This document shows, one piece after another, positions 38,670 through 48,800 of a stretch of 64,000 nt of DNA (the first letter of the stretch is position 1; every line of letters starts with the position of its first letter). Both the position numbers and the translations under genes were made by a program. The notes under the pieces were generated by a model, which worked only from the letters and a program-made list of their open reading frames with translations, ran no database searches and had not been told where the DNA came from. The stretch lies in the IMG/VR virus record IMGVR_UViG_3300017917_003388, positions 32,001-96,000 of that record; one strand, written 5' to 3'. The stretch is from a virus.

Positions 38670-40394
38670 CTAGCTTTCACATGCGACGCAATCAGCTAAG
38701 CGTTGTAGATTATCTCCTCTTAAAACAGATTCTGTTCTTAAATAATATAACGTTTTAATTCCTAATTTGTGGGCTTCTTTATGTACTTGAGAAATCCATT
38801 TGGGTGAATCATTAGGGTCAAAGCATAAATTTAATGAAATTGCTTGATCAACATATTTTTGGCGAATAGCATTTTGACGAACAATTTCTAATTGGTTGAT
38901 TTCTTTAAATGTTAGAAATATTTCTTTTTCTTCATCAGTCAAAATATAATCAGGTAAACCTAATACTGAACCTTGATCTTTTAAAATCTGTTCCCAAACA
39001 CTATCAATATTATATCCTTTTTTATCTAATAAATCTTCTAATATTTCATTACGCTTAATAAATACTCCTTTAGCTGTTTTCAAATTATAAACATTAGCTG
39101 GAATAGGTTCAATTGAAGGTGAAACACCCCCTGAAATATGGGCATTGGAAACTGTTGGAGCTATAGCAATATGATGAGTATGTCTTAAACCTGTACCTTT
39201 ACACCATTCTGGTTCTCCATAAAGTTCAGCTTGTTCTTTACTTGCTTTTATAGCTTCATTATATATAAATTCTGAAATAATTCTAGTTAAAGAATTGGAT
39301 TGAATACCAACAAATGGTAAATTTTTTGATTGGAGCAAAGTATGCCATCCTAAAACACCAATTCCTATAGCTCTACCTTTAACAGCTGAACGAACTGTGT
39401 TTTCCATGAATTTCATATTTTTAGCTCTATCAATAAATTCTTGTAATACACCTTCTAAAAACCAACATGTAAGTTCAGGTAATGTCATTCCATTTTCAAA
39501 TTTATAATCTTTCCATTCATCCCAACGGGCTAAATTTAATGATGATAGACAACAAATGAATGAATGTAATTCATCACTATATAAAGTTATTTCAGAACAT
39601 ATATTTGTAAATTCTACTTTCAGATTATTATTTTTATATGCTTGAGGAGTTTGATTATTTACATTATCACCAAACATTATATATGGTTCTCCTGTTTCTA
39701 AACGAGTTTTTAAAATTTCACCCCATAATTTTTTAGTTCTTACATCTCCATTTTCTAATCTTTGCATAAATTCATCATCAATTATTACACATTGATGTAA
39801 ATTTAAACATTGGCGATTAATATCACCTTTAGGTCTGCGAATTTGTAAAAATTCATCAATATCAGTATGATCCACATTTAAATTAACAGAAGCGGCTCCT
39901 CTACGAACTGAACCTTGATTAGTTGCTAAAATTGTTGAATCATATATCTTAGCCCAAGGTATTACTCCTTCAGATACACCATTATCTTTAATTTGTTTTC
40001 CTCTACCTCTAATACGAGATAAACCCATACCAACTCCTCCTCCTTGAGATGATAATCTCATCAATTCAGAATTAGCATCAGCTATTCCTTCAATTGAATC
40101 ACCTACATTAATACCAAAACATGAAATAGGCATTCCACGTTCTGTTCCCATATTTGATAATACAGGTGATGCTAAACATAACCAATTTTTAACCATCGCT
40201 TCATAAAAGTATGGTTGTAAATCTTTGCGTTTTAAACGTTTTGCTGCGGCTTTTGAAACACGTTTAAACGCTCCTAAAACATCTTCATCTGGTAATAAAT
40301 ATCCTTTGGATATCATCGATAATCCAATTTCTGTAAACCACATTGGGTAATTTTTTCCTTTAATCCAATTTGTTGTATCTACTTGTATACTCAT
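38670..40394 (-). CDS. nrdA: Class I ribonucleotide reductase alpha subunit
   Basis: ISCF, GGGVG, TNICSEI, APT, TLYY, C-terminal CVACE. Confidence 0.95.
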   Translation of the reverse strand: MSIQVDTTNWIKGKNYPMWFTEIGLSMISKGYLLPDEDVLGAFKRVSKAAAKRLKRKDLQPYFYEAMVKNWLCLASPVLSNMGTERGMPISCFGINVGDSIEGIADANSELMRLSSQGGGVGMGLSRIRGRGKQIKDNGVSEGVIPWAKIYDSTILATNQGSVRRGAASVNLNVDHTDIDEFLQIRRPKGDINRQCLNLHQCVIIDDEFMQRLENGDVRTKKLWGEILKTRLETGEPYIMFGDNVNNQTPQAYKNNNLKVEFTNICSEITLYSDELHSFICCLSSLNLARWDEWKDYKFENGMTLPELTCWFLEGVLQEFIDRAKNMKFMENTVRSAVKGRAIGIGVLGWHTLLQSKNLPFVGIQSNSLTRIISEFIYNEAIKASKEQAELYGEPEWCKGTGLRHTHHIAIAPTVSNAHISGGVSPSIEPIPANVYNLKTAKGVFIKRNEILEDLLDKKGYNIDSVWEQILKDQGSVLGLPDYILTDEEKEIFLTFKEINQLEIVRQNAIRQKYVDQAISLNLCFDPNDSPKWISQVHKEAHKLGIKTLYYLRTESVLRGDNLQRLADCVACES

Positions 40395-40528
40395 AATTTA
40401 TTTTTTATTAATTCAATTAAGTCATCAAATGTGACTATATTTTCTACTTCTTCGTCCTTTATCTCAATATTATATTTAGATTCAATAAGTTGAAGAATTT
40501 CTATCTTATATATTATATTTTCTCCCAT
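40391..40528 (-). CDS. Truncated acyl-carrier-protein-like ORF
   Basis: Manual translation MGENIIYKIEILQLIESKYNIEIKDEEVENIVTFDDLIELIKNKL; no DSL serine. Confidence 0.5.
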   Translation of the reverse strand: MGENIIYKIEILQLIESKYNIEIKDEEVENIVTFDDLIELIKNKL

Positions 40529-40715
40529 ATGAATATATCTGAATCTGTTGCTTCAGCTTTATTTGTATTTTTAAAATCTGGAAAGTGTTTTTTTTAAATA
40601 ATAATTGTAAAGTTTAATTCTAACATTACCATCTGCTCCATTAGAATCTAATTCTTCAGGAGAATATATATCTATTATTTCTTTCAATAGATTTGTTAAT
40701 TTAATCATTAGTGTA

Positions 40716-40838
40716 TTATTTATTTAAAAGATTTACAACAATTATTATTTGGATAATAAGAACTATTATCCCTATAATGGTTCTAATCAATTCCATTCGA
40801 TTTTTATATTTAGATAATTTTTGTTCTAAATTTTTCAT
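40716..40838 (-). CDS. 40-aa membrane peptide
   Basis: Manual translation MKNLEQKLSKYKNRMELIRTIIGIIVLIIQIIIVVNLLNK; ATGA overlap with the nrdB stop. Confidence 0.55.
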   Translation of the reverse strand: MKNLEQKLSKYKNRMELIRTIIGIIVLIIQIIIVVNLLNK

Positions 40839-41788
40839 AAATCATCCCAATCTCCAATAGATTTTGAATAATTTGTTACACGTGAAGCAAAAAAATCAGT
40901 ATGACTATGTCCGCTTGTTAAGTGACCAAACCACTCCATTTGTTTTAATAAATTAGGATCAATATCATTATATATTGCTTTATAACCTAATTCAATCATC
41001 TTTTCATTAGCTCGAGCTTTAATAAAATTTTTCAATTGATCTTTAGTTAAATTTTCTATATCACCCATTTCAAATGCTTTATCTATAAAATCAAATTCTA
41101 ATTTCACAGATAAATGGCAAGCTTCTGTAACTAATACTCTTAATTCATCTGTATTTAATTCAGATTGTTCTTCTAATAATGTTCTAAATAACCAACATCC
41201 TGCTTTTGAATGTAGTGATTCATCTCTAACACTCCATTCAACAATTTGAGCTGTACCTTTCATCATGTTACGAAGTTGAAATGACATCAATATTGCAAAT
41301 GATGAAAATAAATTAACACCTTCAGTAAACGCTGAGAATATAGCTAATGATAAAGCTTTTTCTTCTAATGTTTCGCCTGGTACTTCAATTAAACGATCAA
41401 TTTTGGCTTTTGCTTCTTCATCTTCTAAAAATGCTTTAAAATCATCTAAACCTAATTCTTCATTCAATCTAGAATATGCTTCAGCATGAATACTTTCAAA
41501 ATCAGCAAACACACGAGCCATAGCTTGAATTTCGGGTTTTGGAAACCAAACTGATACTTTTGTCGACCAATAGTCATTTACATGTACTTCAGTTTGTGCA
41601 AATGATTTTAATATGTTTCCTATTAAATTTTTTTCAGATTTTGTTAATTTTAATTTCCAATCGTTTAAATCAGAAGCAAGTGGTACTTCATCTGCTATCC
41701 AATGCGCTCTATGTTGATCTTTATAAAAATCAAAAGCTGTTTGATATTCAAATGGTTTATAATAAATTCTAGGTTCTAATATGTTCAT
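40835..41788 (-). CDS. nrdB: Ribonucleotide reductase beta subunit
   Basis: ESIHAEAY, EGVNLFSSF, RDESLH, DFF. Confidence 0.95.
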   Translation of the reverse strand: MNILEPRIYYKPFEYQTAFDFYKDQHRAHWIADEVPLASDLNDWKLKLTKSEKNLIGNILKSFAQTEVHVNDYWSTKVSVWFPKPEIQAMARVFADFESIHAEAYSRLNEELGLDDFKAFLEDEEAKAKIDRLIEVPGETLEEKALSLAIFSAFTEGVNLFSSFAILMSFQLRNMMKGTAQIVEWSVRDESLHSKAGCWLFRTLLEEQSELNTDELRVLVTEACHLSVKLEFDFIDKAFEMGDIENLTKDQLKNFIKARANEKMIELGYKAIYNDIDPNLLKQMEWFGHLTSGHSHTDFFASRVTNYSKSIGDWDDL

Positions 41789-41816
41789 AGATAAAATTTT
41801 GATATGATAATAAATA

Positions 41817-43199
41817 TTATAAATCCATTTTTACAAATTGATTTCTAAGAAATTCTTTTTCATCATCAAAAACGCCTATACTATCAGGTTTAGATGATGA
41901 TTTTTCATATATATCCAAATCTAACTCATCTTCATCTATCTCTATATGTCCTGTTTTAGTATCTATAGTTGAACTATATGTTACTCCATCTACTCCATAT
42001 CTATTTCCCATAATATGCCATCTTCCTGTTCCATTTAATCTATCTTTTCTTCCTCTAGCTAAAGATATAATTATATCACCGATCATTATCTTATCAAAAC
42101 TTCCAGCAATGTGGCTACTTTCTAATATATCTTTTTCTGCTCCTGATCTATTAGCTTGAGATGGGGATATTATAGGAATATCTAATTCTTTGGCTAATCC
42201 TTTAGCATCCGTATATACATCATCTATATCGTCTTTTCTTTCTTTTCTAGAATTTCTATTTTTCAATAAATCTAAATAGTCAATAAATACAGCATCTATA
42301 TTAAATGTTGAATCTTCATTTCTTTCTTGTTCTAATACTTGATTTATATGAGTTTCGATTGTTGATAATGAAGCTCGTTTTGGTGAATATCCCTTTATTA
42401 TTAATTTACCAGGAATAGATGACATTATTTCATCTACTTTATCTCTATGTTTATCAATTTCGTCGACAGGTATGCCTGTAAAATAAGCATCAAATCTTTT
42501 CCCAACATATGATTCCCCCAATTCTAATGCATAATAAATAACATTATATCCCAATCTCATAGCTTCAGCAGCCATAGCTACTATAGACCATGATTTACCT
42601 CCTTTAGGATTACCAAATATTAAAACCAAATCCCCCTTACCATACCCACCCTGGGTTATCTTATTGAAAGTATTCCAAGGAAATGGAATAGGAGAACGTT
42701 CTTCATCTCTATACCTAGTTTCAACATCTTTATTATATTCATGTCCTATATTTCTATCTTGTCCTGATTTCAAAGCATTATTAACAACACGTCTAATTGA
42801 GTCATAGTCTCCTTCTTTTAATAAGTCAACTGAATTTAATAATGCATTTTTTAATTGTTGGTTTTTACAAAAATTAGTAAATTCAGTTTTAATATATGGT
42901 AAGTCGTTACCTTCAGATAAAGAATAAGCTTCTTTAAGTTGTTCTTTTATTGATATCTGAAGGATATCATTTTCAACTCTTTTCAGTTCGGTTTTTAACA
43001 CATCCATTGTTGGATTACAATGGTATTTATTATAATATTTGATAGATTCATTAACTATCCATTTTTGAGCTGAATTTGAGAAATAATCTTCATTTAATAT
43101 ATCATTAACATTTTGTAAAAATGATTTATCTGTTAATAATGCAGATATAACCTTTGTTTGGAATGAAATTCCATAATTTTCTAAACTATTTAAAGTCAC
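41817..43199 (-). CDS. Replicative DnaB/gp41-like helicase
   Basis: GNPKGGKS, IDYLD, SQANR; GTG start. Confidence 0.9.
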   Translation of the reverse strand: MTLNSLENYGISFQTKVISALLTDKSFLQNVNDILNEDYFSNSAQKWIVNESIKYYNKYHCNPTMDVLKTELKRVENDILQISIKEQLKEAYSLSEGNDLPYIKTEFTNFCKNQQLKNALLNSVDLLKEGDYDSIRRVVNNALKSGQDRNIGHEYNKDVETRYRDEERSPIPFPWNTFNKITQGGYGKGDLVLIFGNPKGGKSWSIVAMAAEAMRLGYNVIYYALELGESYVGKRFDAYFTGIPVDEIDKHRDKVDEIMSSIPGKLIIKGYSPKRASLSTIETHINQVLEQERNEDSTFNIDAVFIDYLDLLKNRNSRKERKDDIDDVYTDAKGLAKELDIPIISPSQANRSGAEKDILESSHIAGSFDKIMIGDIIISLARGRKDRLNGTGRWHIMGNRYGVDGVTYSSTIDTKTGHIEIDEDELDLDIYEKSSSKPDSIGVFDDEKEFLRNQFVKMDL

Positions 43200-43216
43200 A
43201 ACTTTTTATTTTTTAA

Positions 43217-44260
43217 TTAATTAATTTTTAATTTATTATATCTATGTAGTTTTATCCAAGTATTTCTAAGCCAAAATTCTACATTTTTCAAAATGTGTCC
43301 TAATCCATCGCTGTTATATAAGCTAATAAATTTAGGAATATCTAATGTAGGATTTACAAAGTTAGATAAAATTAATATTTCTTTTTTTTCATCTTCATCA
43401 ATCATTGGGTTATCTAAACTCATTATTTTCCTATTTATTTTCAATTGTTCATAATTAAAAATTATTTTTGAATATAATATATGATCTTTATATTTGGATT
43501 CACAAATTTTAAATATATCTTCTAATGATATTTTATCACAACCAAAAATCTCAGGAAATAATTTTTCTATCTTTTTTTTACCTAATCCCTTAATACCTTC
43601 TATTTTATCTGAAGTATCACCAGTTAGTGTTCTATATGTTAGAAAATTATAAGGATAAACACCGAATCTATTTTTTAAATCAGCAGAATAATAAAATTTT
43701 TTTTCCATAGAAGCATACACAGTGATATTATCATCTATTAATTGAAAAAAATCTTTATCTGATGAAACTACATATACCTTATCTCCATTTTTTGATAATT
43801 CCTTACTCATAAAAGCTATAACATCATCTGCTTCAACTTTATCTAAAGAAATTATATTAACAGGAAGACATTTTAAATAATGAATTAATCTAGATATTTG
43901 ATTTAATTTGGATTCATCTTCATCTTCAATGTTATCAAAAACATATTTATTTACTCGAGTTGTATTTCGTCCTGATTTATATTCGGGGAGTAGGTTCTTT
44001 CTATTAATAGTAGAACCTACTCCATCAAATATAATTTGTACAGATGTTGGGTTAATCTGATTAACTAATGAACCTAAAGATCTAAGAAAACCCCCTAACC
44101 CACCAATATGAATACCATTTGTATTAACATAATTTAAAACAGCAAAATTTCTATAAAATAGATTTAAACCATCAATAATCAAAATACGTTGAGTATCATT
44201 TGGTGATAGACTGTCGTCTTTGATGTTTTCTAAAATTTTTAATAAATCTTTATGTTCCAT
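43217..44260 (-). CDS. 5'-3' exonuclease / flap endonuclease (T4 RNase H-like)
   Basis: IDGLN, EADD, SSDKD, GDTSDKIEG. Confidence 0.9.
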   Translation of the reverse strand: MEHKDLLKILENIKDDSLSPNDTQRILIIDGLNLFYRNFAVLNYVNTNGIHIGGLGGFLRSLGSLVNQINPTSVQIIFDGVGSTINRKNLLPEYKSGRNTTRVNKYVFDNIEDEDESKLNQISRLIHYLKCLPVNIISLDKVEADDVIAFMSKELSKNGDKVYVVSSDKDFFQLIDDNITVYASMEKKFYYSADLKNRFGVYPYNFLTYRTLTGDTSDKIEGIKGLGKKKIEKLFPEIFGCDKISLEDIFKICESKYKDHILYSKIIFNYEQLKINRKIMSLDNPMIDEDEKKEILILSNFVNPTLDIPKFISLYNSDGLGHILKNVEFWLRNTWIKLHRYNKLKIN

Positions 44261-44272
44261 ATAGTTATTTTT

Positions 44273-45346
44273 TTATTCCTCTTCTATTAAAGGAATAGAA
44301 TCTTTACTTTCTTCCCATTCTGAAGTATCTTCTATTAAGTCTACATCCACGCTACCTAATATACTAACCCATTCATTTGCATATTTTTTCTTATATGATG
44401 CTATATCTTGTTCATTGATAAAACCATGAATTGTAGCTATTACTGTACTTTTTGTTTGGAGTCCAGTAACGTGGTTTTTATCACAAGCCACTTTAGTACG
44501 AACAGCAAATTCAACTTCTTTTCCATTTTTAGTAGCTTTAATTTTACTAGTACCACTATTAGTAATATTACCAAATGTAAGCACAATCGAAGCATCTAAA
44601 AACATTGTCTCACCATTTTTCATTTTCATTTTGGGTTGAGCCATGATATTTTCAGCAGGAGCAACCCATATTTTATTAATAGCTACTAATGAATTTGTAT
44701 ATGGAGAGTTTTCTTTTCTTGATAAAGGAAAACGTTGATTAATAAAATTACCAAATTGCTGAGACATAGCTCCAGCATTCCACATTGGATTATTTTTGTT
44801 TGCTTCTACACTCATTTTACAAGGAATAGAACCTATTGAATCCCAAAAGAAACATAAATCATAAGGTAAATTACCTTTACGTTGTTCATCTAGTAAATCA
44901 GCTATAAATTCAGCTACATCTTCAATTGTATTTAAAGAACTTCTATCAGCATATATAAAAAATCCTTTATAATCTGTAACTTCTCCTGTATTTTCATCAA
45001 TTACATCTTCAATTTGGAATCCCATCTGTTTAGCATGTTCCCAAGACCATTTCATTTCAGTAATTATAAATACTGGTAATATTCCCATTTTCTGAGCACT
45101 AATTGCTAATTCAAGTAAAGCTGTAGTTTTACCTGTATTACTATGTCCTCTTAACAATGTAATATGACCTAATGGAGCACCAGGGATAGAAATAGAATCT
45201 TGTAATGCTTTTGAAAATTGAATCCATTTTTGCTCTTTAAACTTAACAGTTGAATTTAATGATTTTTTTTCTTTAAACTTATCAAGATTAAAGTCCGATT
45301 TCAGTTCAGCACTAACTGCTGCTGAAAGTGATGATTTTTTAGCCAT
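44273..45346 (-). CDS. uvsX: RecA/UvsX-like recombinase
   Basis: GHSNTGKT, WDSIG, KNH. Confidence 0.8.
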   Translation of the reverse strand: MAKKSSLSAAVSAELKSDFNLDKFKEKKSLNSTVKFKEQKWIQFSKALQDSISIPGAPLGHITLLRGHSNTGKTTALLELAISAQKMGILPVFIITEMKWSWEHAKQMGFQIEDVIDENTGEVTDYKGFFIYADRSSLNTIEDVAEFIADLLDEQRKGNLPYDLCFFWDSIGSIPCKMSVEANKNNPMWNAGAMSQQFGNFINQRFPLSRKENSPYTNSLVAINKIWVAPAENIMAQPKMKMKNGETMFLDASIVLTFGNITNSGTSKIKATKNGKEVEFAVRTKVACDKNHVTGLQTKSTVIATIHGFINEQDIASYKKKYANEWVSILGSVDVDLIEDTSEWEESKDSIPLIEEE

Positions 45347-45356
45347 AAAATTTTAA

Positions 45357-46190
45357 TTAATCTTTTTCGTCAAATAATTCTTCAAATTTTTTAGACGATG
45401 ATTTTTTACCAGAAGGTGGGGTTATTTTTTGTTGAGGATTTTCATTTATAAATGGAGACTCAGTTTCATCTGAAGTTTCATCATTTTCGGTTTCATCTGA
45501 GGTTTCATCTTCAGGATTTAACCAATTTTGTAAAATTCCTTTCATTTGATCAAAACTCATTTTAAATGTACTTTGAAAATCAAGAATATTAGTTTGTTCT
45601 TCTAACCATTTTTCAACTTCTGATTTATCTGTACTTAATGGGGAAGTTTTAGGTTTAATACGAATAGTCGATTTTAATCCTTTTTTTCCACCAATATCAC
45701 CAATAACTGCTTCAAGAGTAAAATCTCTACCATCTGTGATACTAGTATAATCACCATAATCTTCATCATCAGCAATTCCTAATAATTGCATGTATATCTC
45801 CTTCCCAAATTCCCAAAGACGTACTCCTTTATCTTCTTCACCTCTAACTATAACTGGAGCGAATACTCTCATTTTTGGTTCTAATTTTCTAGCTAAGGAC
45901 CAACTTTCTTTATCGTTAGTTGATTTAAGTTGTTTACAAAATTCTACAATAGGATCTTTTTCTCCCCAGTTTGTTAAAGCATATAATGGAAATTTAGCAA
46001 ACCCGTAATGAACAAACACTTCAGTAAATGGGTTGTTTTTGTCAAATTTTGAAGGAACAATACGAATTTGATATTTACCTTCTTGTTTTGGTTTCCATAG
46101 ATATTTACTATAATCTATTTTTTCTTTGTCTTTTTTCTGCCCTTGCGATTGAAGAGCACTTAATTTACTTTTTATTGATTTTAAATCCAT
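45357..46190 (-). CDS. Single-stranded DNA-binding protein (gp32-like)
   Basis: IRIVP, GVRLWEFGKEIY, DGRDF, acidic tail. Confidence 0.8.
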   Translation of the reverse strand: MDLKSIKSKLSALQSQGQKKDKEKIDYSKYLWKPKQEGKYQIRIVPSKFDKNNPFTEVFVHYGFAKFPLYALTNWGEKDPIVEFCKQLKSTNDKESWSLARKLEPKMRVFAPVIVRGEEDKGVRLWEFGKEIYMQLLGIADDEDYGDYTSITDGRDFTLEAVIGDIGGKKGLKSTIRIKPKTSPLSTDKSEVEKWLEEQTNILDFQSTFKMSFDQMKGILQNWLNPEDETSDETENDETSDETESPFINENPQQKITPPSGKKSSSKKFEELFDEKD

Positions 46191-46325
46191 AATTATTTGG
46201 TTTTTAAGTTACTTATTTAAATATATTACTTTTTATTTGAATGGCCAAATTTGAAAATTATAAAATTTTATACGACGAGCCTTATTATATGTAATGTATG
46301 TTCGAGTTAATGTTAATTTATCCTA

Positions 46326-46775
46326 TTATAGATTAATTATTTTATATAATGTAGTATTTAATTGTTTGAAATTTCCATGTTGGGTTAATAATATACTATT
46401 TCTATAGTTACCCCAATTTATAGGATATGAGACATCTAAATATCCATCATTTAATGTTTTGATTAATTCATTTAAAGCATTTATTGAATATAAAACATTA
46501 TATTCTTTTTTGCGGTGAACTAATATTGTGTTAGAAAGTATATTACTTATATTACCTTGTTCTACATTGTATGTAACAACATATTCGTTTGTATCTTTAA
46601 CAAATAAAATAAATAACTTATTATACATAATTTCATATTTAGAAATTAGGTGATCTAATAATTTATCTAAATTATCATTAGAAGTAAAGGTTGCAAATAA
46701 TCTGTTATTCATATTGTTATAATCGATATATAAATCATATTGATTATAAATATTATATTCTTCACATAAAGTCAT
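46326..46775 (-). CDS. Hypothetical protein
   Basis: ORF track. Confidence 0.65.
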   Translation of the reverse strand: MTLCEEYNIYNQYDLYIDYNNMNNRLFATFTSNDNLDKLLDHLISKYEIMYNKLFILFVKDTNEYVVTYNVEQGNISNILSNTILVHRKKEYNVLYSINALNELIKTLNDGYLDVSYPINWGNYRNSILLTQHGNFKQLNTTLYKIINL

Positions 46776-46776
46776 A

Positions 46777-48060
46777 TTAATTCAAAATCATAGAATTATA
46801 ATTAATCCCATTAGTTATTTTAATATCTAAGTTAAATTTTTTAAATATATCTAATATTTGTGATAAAATATCTTCATCTTGTTTACAAAAATCCAATAAA
46901 ATAGAATCATAAGTATATAATACTATTTTACTATTTCTATCGATTAATAGTTTCAAAATATCCCACATTATTAATATATTTGTTGATGTTTCTAAATTCT
47001 GCAATACATAATTAAATAACTTTTGTGGGGATAAATTTAAATTTTTATCAAAAATATCACCTGATATATCACATTTTATATAACCTTGTTTATTATATGT
47101 TTCCCACAATTCATTAATATAATTATGGGTTAAATTAAAAAATGGAATATCTTTATACTCATGGTTTATTCCTCCATATAATTGTTTAAACATTAGAATT
47201 TTAGCATCATTTACATCTATATTTGCTATTTCAGATAAATAAACATATGGATTTTTATTTTGAAAATCAAATTTTACCAATTGGGATACTAATGTTGGAT
47301 GATATGCTTTGATATCTATTTCTATAAATTTATCATTACTTGGGATAAATGATTCTCTACATCCATTATCTTTATTTAAGGCAGCAAAATTAATATTGTT
47401 AAATCGATTAGATGGTCTTCCGGTTGTGTTATACAAATTATACTGAGTGTATATAAAATCATCATTAATAGAAAAATGTGGGTTGTCTAATTTAAAATAA
47501 GTATTGAATATACTTGGATTTATTTTTATACCACTTTGTTCTATTAAATAGAAAACATTTATTCTTTTATTATTAAAAGATTTATTATTAACATAACAAT
47601 ATTTTTTTATTTTATCAAATATGTTTTCACATACTTCAAAATGTTTAACTAATGGGATTATTTTATTTATAGAAGGAACATATCCATATCTTTGAAAGAA
47701 TTTATATATTTGATAATTTTCTTCCATAATATCATCACCAACCATATTAAATGATATATCTATTATATTATTTAAACAAAAATGATATTTAAATGTTTTA
47801 GCATTTCTAACATATATATATTTAAAATTCTTAAATAAATTCTCTATATAATTTATATCAACAGAAAATGATTCAGAATGATCTACACATATTATGTAAC
47901 CTTTACTATCAACATTTATTGGTTTTAAATATAATAAGGATATACCATTAAATAATGGATGTAGGTTATTATCTAAATATATAGGTTCAATAAAAACTTC
48001 ACTATAATTTAAATCACAAAATTCATCTAATTGTTTACTATTTTCTATAATATAAAACAT
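46777..48060 (-). CDS. Compact, divergent family A DNA polymerase-like protein
   Basis: TTGRPS, motif A IDIKAYH, motif B K...F...YG, motif C YDS; start moved to MFYIIE. Confidence 0.7.
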   Translation of the reverse strand: MFYIIENSKQLDEFCDLNYSEVFIEPIYLDNNLHPLFNGISLLYLKPINVDSKGYIICVDHSESFSVDINYIENLFKNFKYIYVRNAKTFKYHFCLNNIIDISFNMVGDDIMEENYQIYKFFQRYGYVPSINKIIPLVKHFEVCENIFDKIKKYCYVNNKSFNNKRINVFYLIEQSGIKINPSIFNTYFKLDNPHFSINDDFIYTQYNLYNTTGRPSNRFNNINFAALNKDNGCRESFIPSNDKFIEIDIKAYHPTLVSQLVKFDFQNKNPYVYLSEIANIDVNDAKILMFKQLYGGINHEYKDIPFFNLTHNYINELWETYNKQGYIKCDISGDIFDKNLNLSPQKLFNYVLQNLETSTNILIMWDILKLLIDRNSKIVLYTYDSILLDFCKQDEDILSQILDIFKKFNLDIKITNGINYNSMILN

Positions 48061-48107
48061 AACTTTTTTCTTAAAGATAAATACAATAATTTTGTAAATC
48101 AATTTAT

Positions 48108-48182
48108 AAAAAAAAAAACACTCAAGGTAGCGAACAATGAGTGTTTTTACGTAGCCTAAACTACAACGGGTCCTAAGTCCGT
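48108..48182 (-). ncRNA. Candidate structured RNA (three hairpins, the last terminator-like)
   Basis: ACGG/CCGT, GTAGT/GCTAC and AAAAACACTCA/TGAGTGTTTTT stems; GC-rich relative to flanks. Confidence 0.5.
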
Positions 48183-48188
48183 ATATTT

Positions 48189-48800
48189 TTATGATTTATA
48201 ATATTTTACAAAATCACCAATATATTCTGATAATTTAGGGAGTTTTGATTGATATGATATTAATTCTGTCATATTTTTATTAGTTTTATATACTTGTTCT
48301 TTAATACCTGTTAATTTCCAAGGAATTAAAAATGGGGAATATAATTGATATAATATTTGTGAATTTTTAGATTTCAATTTATCATATGTTTCTAAATTTA
48401 TTTCTATATATATTAATTCATTATTTTTTTTACAAAAATATCTATTAAATTCTCCATTATTATAATCTTCAGCATTAGGTATATTAGGTATATATAAAGG
48501 TACCAATGGTGGTGGTGGTGGAGAAGTTAAAGTTATGTATATGTTAGTAGAAGTATTAAAGTTGTTATAATATGAATAATTATTATCTGTTGATATATAA
48601 TTTGTTGTATCCTCTTGATTTTCAATGTATTTAATAATTTCCTCATTCGGTAAACTTTGTGGAGTTTTACCAGTAAAAAATTTACCATCAGATGTTTTCC
48701 AATAATATCCAGAATATGGGGTATTATTAGATAGAAACACAAATTCCCCCCCATTAGTAAATAAATTACACGTTACTTGAGATAATGGATAATATGTCAT
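48189..48800 (-). CDS. Hypothetical protein (tail/baseplate module)
   Basis: ORF track; context. Confidence 0.65.
   Translation of the reverse strand: MTYYPLSQVTCNLFTNGGEFVFLSNNTPYSGYYWKTSDGKFFTGKTPQSLPNEEIIKYIENQEDTTNYISTDNNYSYYNNFNTSTNIYITLTSPPPPPLVPLYIPNIPNAEDYNNGEFNRYFCKKNNELIYIEINLETYDKLKSKNSQILYQLYSPFLIPWKLTGIKEQVYKTNKNMTELISYQSKLPKLSEYIGDFVKYYKS

Noticed and set aside
21851-43199. Inteins in PolB, NrdA or the helicase
   Set aside because: Lengths are normal and no intein terminal motifs were seen.
46191-46325. Replication origin or autoregulatory leader upstream of the SSB gene
   Set aside because: No iterons or clear structure seen; not supportable.
48108-48182. tRNA
   Set aside because: No acceptor stem enclosing the hairpins and no T-arm consensus. 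No tRNA or rRNA was recognised anywhere in the window.
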